Positions 1 to 10,905 of a stretch of 64,000 nt of DNA are shown piece after piece. Origin of the DNA: Octopus sinensis (taxonomy: Eukaryota); NCBI RefSeq assembly GCF_006345805.1, contig NC_042998.1, forward strand, positions 45,384,001 through 45,448,000. The letters run 5' to 3'. The notes beneath the pieces are model-generated. The model made no database searches. It was not told where the DNA came from and worked only from the letters and a program-made list of their open reading frames with translations. The position numbers were made by a program, and so were the translations under genes. Position 1 is the stretch's first letter. Every line of letters begins with the position of its first letter.

Positions 1-782
1 CAAAGTGCTGTATGCAGACAGATTTTGTGTACATATGACAAGATAAAAACAACATGACCAGCAGGTGTTCATTTGCAATTAGTGGAAGCATACAGAAGGT
101 TTGAACAGGTAAATTCTTTGGAATGTTATTCAGTTTCAAACCTTCTGTTCCAGTCCTAGGAAATAACCAGTAAATTTAATTTATACTTGGTATATTTTCT
201 GCTAGACATTTTTTTAGGTTTTCCAGCTTCTTTTAGTTGTAACACTTTTAATAACCTTTTTGTTACCAGATTTATGTAGAAATATACTGCCTTCATTGCA
301 ATTAATTTTTAAAACAATGAAGAATTTATGAAAATCACTTCGTATTTTTTTAAGCTGGTATCTGGAGTTTTAATGGAAGTTTTCAATTCAGATCAGTTGA
401 AAACAAAGAATTTGTACCATAGAAGGAAGAGCAGTTTCAGGTGTGTTGGTATCCAAAGAGTTAGATACCTTATACCTAGTTACCATGATACCTTCTGCTG
501 CTTTGAAAATTTAGCAACTACTTTATTATTATTGGCTTGCTGGCAAAATCGTTACAACATCAGGCAAAATACCTAGCAGTATTTCTTCCAACCCATTACA
601 TCCTAAATTTAAACTCTGCCAGAATCAGCTTCTCTTTTCATCCTCCACGGTCATCTTTACCTTTGGATCACATTCCTCCAAGAGTTGATAAGATAAAATA
701 CCAGTCAACTATTGGGATCAATGTAATCTCCCTTCCTGTAATATTGTTGACCTTGTGCCAAAATTTGAAAAATTGTTATTGA

Positions 783-1432
783 AAGGTAGGCCAGCCGGCA
801 GAATTTTTAGCATTCTGAAGAAAATGCTTAGCAGTATTTCTAGTCTTTATGTTCTGAGTTCAAATTCCACTGAGGTTGACTTCGCTTTTCATCGTTACAG
901 GATCAATGAAATAAGTACCAGTTGAGCACCAGGGTCAATATAATCAATTATCCCAATCTCCCCAAAGTTTCAGGCCTTGTACCTTGTATCATCATCTTCA
1001 TCATTATCATCATCATCATCTTCATCATCTTCATCATTTCGTCATCTTCTTCATCTTCATCATCTTCTTCATCTTCTTCATTTTCTTCATCTTCTTCATC
1101 CTCATCATCTTCATCATCATCTTCACCATCATCATCATCTTCATCTTCATCATCATCTTCATCCTCTTCATCATCATCTTCATCATCATCTTCATCTTCT
1201 TCATCTTCATCATCTTCTAGGTAGCAAGCTAGCAGAATCATTAGCACACTGGACAAAATGCTGCTATGCATTTCGTTCATCTTTACGGTCTGAGTTCAAA
1301 TTCTGCTGAGGTCAACTTTCCCTTTCATCCTTTCAGGGGTCAATAAAATAGGTACCACTTGAGCACAGAGGTCCATATAAACGACCTATCCCTTCTCCTA
1401 AAATTGCTAGTGTTATGCCAAAATCTGAAACC
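783..1432 (+). mobile_element. Head-to-tail tRNA-derived SINE copies (GTTCAAATTC B-box family) around the trinucleotide tract
   Basis: Both copies carry GGCAGAAT..TTAGCA (A-box-like), GAGTTCAAATTC (B-box) and a CTTTCATCCTTTC.GGGGTC.ATAAAATAAGTACC core. A degenerate third copy lies at about 530-780. Confidence 0.7.
985..1218. repeat. Cryptic (TCA/TCT)n trinucleotide tract
   Basis: About 230 bp of mixed TCA/TCT between two SINE copies. It produces the poly-S, poly-D/E, poly-H and poly-I/F ORFs at 922-1309. Confidence 0.9.
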
Positions 1433-1564
1433 ATTATTATTCATTTTTTATACTCTGTCTAGTTATTGATCCAAATTGTTCAAGCCATGACTTTTTCATT
1501 TTTTTAATCAAGCATTGTGTTTCTAAAACTACATTATTCAATGCATCCTTCATTCATTCCAAGT

Positions 1565-1599
<35 letters not shown>

Positions 1600-2102
1600 T
1601 ATATATAAATTATATAGAGAGATAGATAGATATTAAGATGCCAGTGAGATATGATAGAAATTAGGCTGCTATTTCTTGTAGGCTGAGTGATGACATAGAA
1701 GTCCCCCGTTGGCACTTTTCTACTCTGGTACACAATATATGATGCTAGTCCACTTTATAATTCAAGTGAAACAGCATCAGTGTAACTTAATATTCTTGTC
1801 GGTTCAGGAAGTGTTGCTAGATGATTGTCTGAAAAAGAATGTGATACCCAGCACATCTAACGCAGTATATGACAATACTGACAGCTGTACAACGCACGCA
1901 GATAGATGAGTTAGCAGGAGGTAACCATTGTTATTGTTGAGAAAGCTGTGTAAATAATGTTGATGCATTCAATTGAGTTGATGATCATAAAGCTTCTGTA
2001 TAATACCGGCTGACTGGAAAAACAGATAACTATGAATGGAGAGAAAAATGGTTTATTTGCCTGATAGAAAGTAAAGAGAAAAATGTTAGGAAATGTTCGA
2101 CA

Positions 2103-2690
2103 TGGGTGCAAGTGTGGCTGTGTGGTAAGAATCCTGCTTCCCAAACTCATGGGTCCAAGTTCAGTCCCACTGTGTGACATTATAGCTTCGGGCCGACCAA
2201 AGCCTTGTGAGGGGATTTGGTAGACGGAAACTGAAAGAAGCCCATCGTATATATGTGTATATATATATGTATGTATGTGTGTGTATATGTTTGTCCCCCC
2301 TCAACATCACTTGACAACCGATGCTGGTTTATTTACATCCCCATAACTTAGCGGTTCGGCAAAAGAGACAGATAGAATAAGTACTAGGCTTACAAAGAAG
2401 ACAAAAGCCAACCAAAGCATTGTGAGTGGATTTGGTTGACAGAAACTGAAAGAAGCCCCTCATGTGCATGCATATATGTGTGTGTATCAGTGTTTGTCCA
2501 CCACCACCGCTTGGCAACTGGTGTTGGTGTGTTTACATCCCCCTAATCTAGCTGTTTGGTAAAAGAGACTGATACAATAAGTGCAAGGCTTAAAAGAAAA
2601 AAATTATTACTGAGGCTGATTCACTCATTTAAAAATTCTTCACGGTGGTGCCCCAGTATGGCCGCAGTCTAATGACTGAAACAAGTAAAA
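2103..2690 (+). mobile_element. Octopus-type tRNA-derived SINE (CORE-like), composite of two copies
   Basis: GGCTGTGTGGTAAGAA head, GTTCAGTCCCACTG B-box region, CCAAAGCCTTGTGAGTGGATTTGG...GAAACTGAAAGAAGCCC body and GACTGAAACAAGTAAAAG tail. Dozens of further copies occur across the window. Confidence 0.75.
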
Positions 2691-2776
2691 GAAAAGATAT
2701 CATAAGACTTGGCTTAAGACAAACAAGGAAATACATTTAATGAGTGACAAAGCAGAATTAATCACAAATATATGAA

Positions 2777-3172
2777 TTCTTTTATTCTTTATTCTTTTAC
2801 TTGTTTCAGTCATTTTCACTGTGGTCATGCTGGAGCCCCACCTTTAGTCGAACAAATCGACCATAGGACTTATTTTTTGTAAGCCTAGTACTTATTCTAT
2901 CAGTCTTTTGCCAAACCGCTAAGTTACGGGGATGTAAACACACCAACATCGTTTGTCAAGTGATGGCAGGGGAACAAACACAGACACGTAAACATATATA
3001 TATACACACAATGAGATTCTTTCAGTTTCCATCTAGAAAATCCACTCACAAGGCTTTGGTTGACCTGAGGCTATAGCAGAAGACACTTGCCCAAAGTGCC
3101 ACACAGTGAGACTGAACCTGGAACCATATGGTTGTGTAGCAAGCTTCTTACCACACAGCCACGCCTGCACCT
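2777..3172 (-). mobile_element. Full-length Octopus-type SINE, inverted
   Basis: Reverse complement of the same family, from the head (GCAGGCGTGGCTGTGTGGTAAGAAGCTTGCT) to the tail (GACTGAAACAAGTAAAAGAATAAAAG). Confidence 0.8.
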
Positions 3173-4237
3173 ATGGTTAGATTTCAAAAATATATTCATA
3201 GTATTTGATGAATATATAATTCATTGATGTATGGGTCAGGCATGTTTGTGTAGTTTAGAAGCTCACTTCTCAACCACTTGGTTTGAGGTTCAGTCTCACT
3301 GCATGGCACCTTAGGCAAGTGTCTTCTACCTTAGCCCAAGAGTAACCAATGCCTTCTGAATGGATTTGTTTGATGGAAATTGAAAGAAGCCCGTCAAGTG
3401 TGTGTGGGCCTCTGTGTGTGTGTGTGTGTGTATGTGTGTGTAGACACACGCATGGTTATTTGGTTAAGAAGCTTGCTTCCCAAACATATGGTTTGGGGTT
3501 CAGTCCCACTGTATGACACTTTGGACAAGTGTTGTCTATTATAGCTTGGAGCCAACCAAAGCTTTGTCTGTGGATTTGATAGACAGAAACTGAAAGAAGC
3601 CCATTGTGTGTGTGTTTGTATTCTTGTCACTCATACAAGCAGTGTTGCTTTGTTTCCAGTCTTCTATGAAAAATATATTTGATAATGAGGAAATATTACT
3701 TTGCTTGTAAACAGATGAGGGTTGGTAACAGGGTGGGTATCTAATCATAGAAAATCTCCCTTAATGAATTTTGTCTGACCCATGCAAGCATGGAAAAGTG
3801 GATGTTAAAACGATGATGGTGATGATGATATATATATATGTGTATGTGTCTGTGCATGTGTGAGTTCATATTCCCACTCACTTTCATGTGTGTTCACTGA
3901 CTGTAAACAATTGTTTCTTTGTTCATGTGGAACTGTGTCATTTGCTTGCAGTCCACTGCAAAACCATGTCCAGGCTTCTTAACAACGATGTACCTTAGCA
4001 TGTTGTGTGATGTTAATGTACAAAAAGGTCATTCAAACAGTTTGTTTCCAGTTCTCTCTATAACCATGTTGGGGTTGTTTGTTGTTCAATAGACTAGGAG
4101 ATTATTGCCTCACTTGGAAATGAATAATGATTGATGTGAGGAAGGACATCTGACCATAGAAAACTCTGCCCTTATATGCTCCCATTTGACCAGCATGAGC
4201 ATGGAAGAGTAGATGTTAAATTGATGGTGATGAGTGA

Positions 4238-4616
4238 TTTGCTTACGAACCACATGGTTCCGGATTCAGTCCCACTGCGTGGCACCTTAGGCAAGTGTCT
4301 TCTACTATTGCCTCAGGCCGACCAAAGCCTTGTGAGTGGATTTGGTAGGCGGAAACTGAAAGAAGCCCATCGTATATATGTATATATATATGTATGTGTA
4401 TAAGTATATGTTTGTGTGTCTGTGTTTGTCACCCCAACATCACTTGACAACCAATGCTGGTGTATTTACGTCCCCGTAACTTAGCGGTTCGGCATAAGAG
4501 ACCGATATGATAAGTACTAGGCTTATAAAGAATAAGTCTTGGGGTTGATTTGCTCAACTAGAGGCGGTGCTCCAGCATGGCCACAGTCAAATGACTGAAA
4601 CAAGTAAAAGAGTAAA
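4238..4616 (+). mobile_element. Octopus-type SINE, head slightly truncated, CpG-rich and probably young
   Basis: GGATTCAGTCCCACTGCGTGGCACCTTAGGCAAGTGTCTTCTACT core, internal TA/TG microsatellite and standard tail. Confidence 0.8.
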
Positions 4617-5027
4617 GTCTTGAAGATCTCAAAACATAACCAACATTACCAAAACAATAGGAATGTTGAGAATAGCTAATATCAGAATCGAGTGAGTGTC
4701 TAATACACTGCATTCATGATTGTATTGTCTGTTCAGGTAAAATTTAAATTACTCTTCTCACTTCAACACACATCTTGGTTGTAAAAAACAAAAATACTTT
4801 CTCTTCTTTCACTGTTATGTAATTCACTCCAAGAATTTATGACCTCAAATGCAAGTATGTAAACATAAACATGAATTTAGAAGAGATTATGACATGAAAA
4901 AAAAATGCTGACAGTATTTTAGTCTGTTGACGCTAATGTATATGCAATATATTGATTTTGTTCACATTTCAAATTTTTTTATGTGTGCGTAGGCATCTAC
5001 ATGTATATATTTCAATTCTTATTTTAG

Positions 5028-5134
5028 GAAACAGACAAAAAGAGCCCGTGAATTATGGTGGAGTGGCTTACCACCATGCGTTCGAGGCAGAGTATGGAAA
5101 TTAGCAATTGGTAACGAACTAAATATCACTGAGG
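5028..5134 (+). CDS. TBC1D14: TBC1D12/14-like Rab-GAP, first coding exon visible in the window (earlier exons lie upstream of it)
   Basis: ttttag|G acceptor and G|gtgagc donor. Translates [35 protein letters not shown], matching the TBC1D12/14 motif ELWWxGxPPxVRGxVW. The symbol stands for the single invertebrate pro-orthologue of TBC1D12/TBC1D14. Confidence 0.95.
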
Positions 5135-5569
5135 GTGAGCATTATTCTCTGAAAGACATTAATAAACATTCAAAAATGGTAATCGTGTTTATTTTACTAA
5201 CGCAGTGTCAGGTTCTGTTTTGTCTTCCTTTGACGCGGTAATCACAGAATCGATATTGGTTTCTTATGTTTGATAACAACCATATTTCAGTAAATTATAC
5301 CTAACTGAAACATGTTTAAAATTTGTCTCGTCAAAACAAGTATAAATTACACAGGCAACCTTTATACCTGAATGTTTACTTTTAAACATGAAAACTCTTT
5401 CTCTTTACATCTTTTAAATCTTTATACACCATTTACAGATTGCTTCATAACCTCAGACTGAAAACAAGCCACTGGAATGTCCTGTGTATAACTTTGAAAT
5501 AATAGTTATAAGGAAACTAATGATTAAATTGTCAAAAATAGTGAAGGAAAAAACTTTGTGTGTGTGTAT

Positions 5570-5975
5570 GCAGGTGCAGGTGTTCCTGTGTGGTAAGTTT
5601 GCTTCCCAACCACATGGTTCCAGGTTCAGTCCCACTGAGTGACACCTTGGACAAGTATTTTCTTCTATATCCCCAGGCCAACTATAACGCCTTGTGAATG
5701 AATTTAGTAGATGGAAACTGAAAGAAGCCCATTGTGTATGTGTATCATTTTTATATGTATGTATGTATCTATGAGCATGTGTCTTTGTGTTTGTCCCCTA
5801 CCATCGCTTGACAGCTGGTGTTGGTTTGTTTATATCCTCATAACTTAACAGTTCAGCAAATAGGGAAAGATATAATAAGTATCAGGGTTTAAAAAATACA
5901 TATGGGGTCGATTTGTTCAACTAAGTCCTTCAAGGCAATGCCCCAGCATGGCCTCAGCTCAGTGACTGAAACCAG
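5570..5975 (+). mobile_element. Octopus-type SINE directly upstream of the RTE insertion
   Basis: Same head, body and tail motifs; ends in GTGACTGAAACCAGTAAG followed by a microsatellite. Confidence 0.75.
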
Positions 5976-6015
5976 TAAGATATATATGTGTGTGTGTGTA
6001 TGTATGTATATATAT

Positions 6016-7779
6016 GAATGGTTAGTGAAAGCTGTACAAGCCATGTACAGAGACGCTGCTAGTAAGGTGAGGGTTGGCACCGAGTACAGTGAAGAATTCA
6101 GGGTAGAGGTTGGGGTCCACCAAGGTTCAGTCCTCAGTCCCCTCCTATTTATCATAGTCCTCCAGGCAATAACGGAGGAATTCAAGACAGGATGCCCCTG
6201 GGAGCTCCTCTATGCTGATGACCTTGCTCTCATTGCTGAGTCTCTATCAGAACTAGAGGAGAAGTTTCAGGTATGGAAACAAGGTTTAGAATCGAAGGGC
6301 CTTAGAATCAACCTAGCCAAAACCAAAGTCCTAATAAGTAGGAAGGTAGACCAATCACAAACGCCTTCAGGTAGATGGCCCTGCTCGATCTGTAGAAAAG
6401 GTGTAGGTAGAAACTCTATAAGATGCACCAAGTGTAAGCTATGGACACATAAGAGGTGTAGCAATGTCAAAGGAAGGCTAACTAGGAAGATGGTTTTTGT
6501 ATGTGGCAGATGCTCAGGAACAATTAACACTGAAAATGCTCTGAGACCAACTTCCGTCACTTTCCAGGGAGAAAAGCTAGAAGTAGTTGATAGTTTCCGT
6601 TACCTAGGTGACCAAGTCAGTAGCGGGGGCGGGTGCGCTGAAAGTATAACTGCTAGAGTAAGAATAGCCTGGGCAAAGTTTAGAGAGCTCTTACCCCTGC
6701 TGGTGACAAAAGGCCTCTCGCTCAAAGTAAAAGGCAGACTGTATGATGCATGTGTACGTACAGCCATGCTACATGGTAGTGAAACTTGGGCTGTGACTGC
6801 TGAGGATTTGCGTAAGCTCGCAAGAAATGAAGCTAGTATGCTCCGATGGATGTGTAACGTCAGTGTTCATAATCGACAGAGTGTAAGTACCTTGAGAGAA
6901 AAGTTGAACCTAAGAAGCATCAGTTGTTGTGTGCAAGAGAGACGTATGCGCTGGTATGGTCATGTGATGAGAATGGCTGAAGATAGTTGTGTGCGAAAGT
7001 GCCACACCCTGGCAGTTGAGGGGACCTGTGGAAGAGGTAGACCCAGGAAAACCTGGGTCGAGGCGGTGAAGCACGACCTTCGAACTTTAGGTCTCACCAA
7101 GGAAATGACCAGTGACCGAGACCTTTGGAGGTATGCTGTGCGTGAGAAAACCCGGCAAGACCAGTGAGAACAGTCAAAATCAAGATCAAACCAAATTGAG
7201 GTCGATCAACATCAGGGCCCCCGTGCAGGTGACACGTAAAAGTACCATCCATTCGTAGCCGTTTGCCAGCCCTGTCTGGCCCCCGTGTCGGTGGCACGTA
7301 AAAGCACCATCCGCTCGTGTCCGTGCCAGCCCTGTCTGGCCCCCATGTCGGTGACATGTAAAAGCACCATCCGTTCGTGTCCGTTGCCAGCCTCGCCTGG
7401 GCCCCGTGCCGGTGGCATGTAAAAGCACCATCCGTTCATGCCCGTTGCCAGTCTCGCCTGGCCCCCGTGCCGGTGACATGTAAAAGCACCATCCGTTTCG
7501 TGGCCGTTTGCCAGCTCTGTCTGGCCCCCGTGTTGGTGGCACGTAAAAGCACCATCCGTTCGTGGCCGTTTGCCAGCTCTGTCTGGCACCTGTGCAGGTG
7601 GCACGTAAAAAGCACCCACTACACTCACGGAGTGGTTGGCGTTAGGAAGGGCATCCAGCCGTAGAAACGCTGCCAGATCTGACTGGGCCTGATGAAGCCT
7701 TCCAGCTTCACAGACCCCAGTTGAACCGTCCAACCCATGCTAGCATGGAGAACGGACGCTAAATGATGATGATGATGAT
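6016..7779 (+). mobile_element. 5'-truncated RTE-clade LINE (C-terminal RT, 3' UTR minisatellite, (GAT)n tail)
   Basis: Uninterrupted frame to TGA at 7167 with GVHQGSVLSPLLF, LLYADDL, FRYLG, MLHGSETW and RWYGHVMR...GRGRPRKTW. Flanked by TA/TG microsatellite. The ORF-track start at 5902 lies in an adjacent SINE and is spurious. Confidence 0.92.
7216..7615 (+). repeat. About 61-bp minisatellite (about 6.5 units) in the RTE 3' UTR
   Basis: Unit approximately GGCCCCCGTGYCGGTGRCAYGTAAAAGCACCATCCGTTCGTGGCCGTTTGCCAGCYCTGTCT. It accounts for the overlapping ORFs at 7094-7733. Confidence 0.9.
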
Positions 7780-8462
7780 ATATATATATATATATATATA
7801 TTAATCCTGCTGCTGCATAAATGCACCCATGTCAGTGGCACATAAAAAGCACCCAGCACACTCTTAAGTGGTTGGCATTAGGAAGGCCATCCAGTCATAG
7901 AAACCATGCCGTAACAAACAACTGGAATCTGGACAGCTCCCAGTTGGCCAGCTCCATGTCTAACCATCCAACCCATACCAGCATGGAAAGCAGACAGTAG
8001 ATGATGATGATGATGTTGTATTAAGTTTGACTCAGCTCCATAAGACTTGAATTTTTGTGGGTGTGTAGGACAAGCCCATCTAATATCAGATGAGATGGAT
8101 TCATCTCACACACCCACAAAGCTTGAAGTCATGTGATAGTTGAGTCAAACTGTCATTAAAAAATATATGTAATTCCTACCAAATGTGTGTGTGTGTGGTG
8201 TGTGTAGGCAGGCAAGCATGGCTGTGTGGTTAAAAGACGTTTGCTTCCCAACTATGTGACTTCAATCAGTCACATTGTAACTCATTGGTTAAGTGTCTTC
8301 TATAACACCAGGCCAATCAAAACCTTGTGAGTAAATTTCATAGATGGAAACTGGATGCCTGTCATGTGTATGCATGAGCATGCACCCAAATATATGTCTG
8401 TGTGTTTGCTTACATTTGCATATAAATACACACAGACATATGTTTATATGCATGTGTATGTA

Positions 8463-8493
<31 letters not shown>

Positions 8494-8494
8494 A

Positions 8495-8785
8495 TCATCA
8501 TTTAACGTCCGCTTTCCATGTTGGCATGGGTTGGACGGTTCAACTGGGGTCTGGGAAGCCAGAAGGCTGCACCAGGCCCAGTCTGATCTGGCAGTGTTTC
8601 TACGACTGGATGCCCTTCCTAACGCCAACCACTCCGTGAGTGTAGTGGTTGCTTTTTACGTGCCAGACGAGGCTGGCAAACGGCCACGATCGGATGGTGC
8701 TTTTTACGTGCCACCAGCACGGGGACCAGACGAAGCTGGCAACGGCCACAGTCGGATGGTGCTTTTTACATGCCACCGGCATGGA
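8495..8785 (-). mobile_element. Short inverted copy of the same RTE 3' end (tail plus about 2 minisatellite units)
   Basis: Reverse complement of about 7500-7780, including the GAT tail and AAAAGCACCATCCG units. Confidence 0.85.
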
Positions 8786-8794
8786 ATATATATT

Positions 8795-9110
8795 TAAAAG
8801 AAGGAAAATGCTCGAAATTGACATAGTTTTAATATATTTTAAATTAAAGAATATTGTGGTTGTCAACCAGTTTCACTTTTGCTAATCATGACATTGAAAT
8901 TATTGTGATCTTGTATTTTCTTAAGAAGTTTTGTGTTTATGTTCTTGTATGAAAATTTGTGAGCATGGGCTAAAAACTTCTGAAGAAAATACGAAATCAC
9001 AATAATTTCAATATCATAATTAGTTAAAGCGAAACTGCTCAACAACCACAATATTCTTTCATTTAAAATATATTAAAACTATGTAAATTGTGAGCATTTT
9101 CTTTCTTTTA
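8795..9110. mobile_element. Fold-back/MITE-like element with about 140-bp imperfect inverted arms
   Basis: TAAAAGAAGGAAAATGCTC... on the left versus ...GAGCATTTTCTTTCTTTTA on the right, with pairing inward. TA-rich flanks. Confidence 0.7.
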
Positions 9111-9142
9111 TTTTATATATATATATGTATATATATATATGT

Positions 9143-9176
<34 letters not shown>

Positions 9177-9243
9177 TACAACTTATCACAAGGAGATAAT
9201 CAAAATTCTCTTCCTCCCTTTTCTTACTATATATATATATATA

Positions 9244-9424
9244 GTGAGAATTTACAAGGAAACAAAAGACAAAGTTGGGTGTGTAAACAACAAACAGATG
9301 TATTAGTTTAACGCTCGGGAAGTGAGGTCTTTCACATTTCGAGCCTATGCTCTTCGACTGAAGGGAACACAGAAATAAACAGGGAGTGAAAATAGAAAAA
9401 GATATAGTGGCTAGCGATCTATCT
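9244..9424 (-). mobile_element. Penelope-like element terminal fragment (family A, copy 1)
   Basis: Minus strand reads GAAGAGCATAGGCTCGAAATGT...CCCGAGCGTTAAACTAATACATCTG, next to a TA tract. The same family occurs at 32556-32703. The PLE assignment is inferred from the hammerhead-like motif. Confidence 0.45.
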
Positions 9425-9829
9425 GATTTCCAGGTAAGGAATTTCTTATTTCACATGTCTACAGAGGTGTGAAATGAGTGGACAAGTTGTTTACAAGAGC
9501 AATTTATTAAAGGGAAGAAAAAGCATGTGATCTTTTGACTCTCATGTACTGAAAATGTTCCGTTCATTTACTGCTTTATGAAACTATAACATTAACCTTT
9601 TGGCCATGTACTAAAGGCAGAATGCAAAGAGCCAGAACAGTCACCACAGGGTATCTCATTTGATGCTCTAACAACTCTGCCAATTCTTCAACCTCAACTG
9701 ATACTTTATCAACCCAGAAAGAATGATGGACAAAGTTGATCTCAGCAAAATTTCAAGTTAGAGACCCAGTCAAATACTGCAAGGTATTCTATCCAACATT
9801 CAAGTGACTCCACCCCTTTTAAGAAACAT

Positions 9830-10380
9830 AGCCATACATAATCTTTTGTTGACATGCTGGATGTCTCTCCTCCAGCTCTTCATCCTGTAGCTCTTGGGGT
9901 ATATCAAACATCTTCAGAAGAACTGTGTGCTTTTTGAGGAGTTCACTGAAGACCTTTGGTTGATTTTGCTGTTGTTTAATTTACTCTCTAACATTCAAAG
10001 GTTTTTCTGAACTGATCTTAAGCCTCTTTCCTTTTCCACGTCTTCTGAAATAGAGTCTGTCAGTATCATTATCCCTCTGGAATGTTGATGTCAAGATTTT
10101 TCAGGTTTAAATATCAATAGGGCAGATTTCTTTGGTCAAATCAAAATCTGATTTGAGTCCAGTCACTGTTTGCTCATAGCACTTTTATATATGTCCATCA
10201 ATACCTAGGGGTTTTGAATACCTTGTGTAGAACTGGAGAGATAAAGAGATGCTGTTAATGTTAAGGATTTGGATTCAGGAAGCAATGTTCCTTCATTCAA
10301 GCTGACGAATATGAGTACTCCGTGTTCCATTCCTGTATATTAGCTACATAGTTGTGTGAAGGAAATCGCAGACATTACAG
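9830..10380 (-). mobile_element. Highly degenerate non-LTR retrotransposon remnant (R4/Dong-like)
   Basis: Minus-strand remnant DTDRLYFRRRGKG resembles the DxDRLYxxRxxGGRGL motif; many stops and frameshifts. Confidence 0.35.
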
Positions 10381-10827
10381 CCGTTTGGGGAAATATATAT
10401 ATATATATATATATATTAATTTTCTCACAGCTGACCTTCAAATGTAGACAGAAAAAACTATTGTGAGCTCTTTCACTTCCCTTCTTTTGTTATAAAAGTG
10501 AAAGAAAAGATATGACATTATAGTCTTTGGAAATCTATATCTTAATTTTCTCATAGCTTTAATGTATAACCAGAACAGCTCACATCAGCTATTCCTCTTT
10601 CTATTTTTGTTATATAAATCTCGCTGAAGAAAGAGGATAGCCAACATCAAAGACATTTTTTTCCACAAATCTATTTATGTCTTAATTTTCTTACATCTGA
10701 CCTTGATATATAGCCAGAACAGCTCCCACGAGCCATTTCACTTACCTTTTCTTTTGTTGATGCCAGAGAAATTCATATATATATTTTCCAGCTCTTTTTT
10801 AATATTTTATATTTTATTTCATTACAG

Positions 10828-10905
10828 AACTCTTCGAAATTTGTCTAAATCGTGCCAAAGACCGAATCAAAATGTTGAGTGAGGAATCAAATGGCTCATC
10901 AGAAA
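10828..10905 (+). CDS. TBC1D14: TBC1D12/14-like exon
   Basis: ttacag| ... |gtaagt, phase 1 to phase 1. Translates (E)LFEICLNRAKDRIKMLSEESNGSSE, in frame with its neighbours. Confidence 0.93.

Noticed and set aside
922-1309. Poly-Ser, poly-Asp/Glu and poly-His ORFs
   Set aside because: All frames come from one (TCA/TCT)n tract between SINE copies; there are no splice sites linking it to the TBC chain.
5902-6015. N-terminal part of the 421-aa ORF as a real start
   Set aside because: This part is SINE tail and microsatellite; RT homology starts at about 6016, so the element is 5'-truncated and lacks its endonuclease.
7094-7733. Several overlapping repetitive ORFs; superficially CRISPR-like periodicity
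   Set aside because: A 61-bp minisatellite with whole-unit similarity and no unique spacers, in a LINE 3' UTR in eukaryotic DNA.
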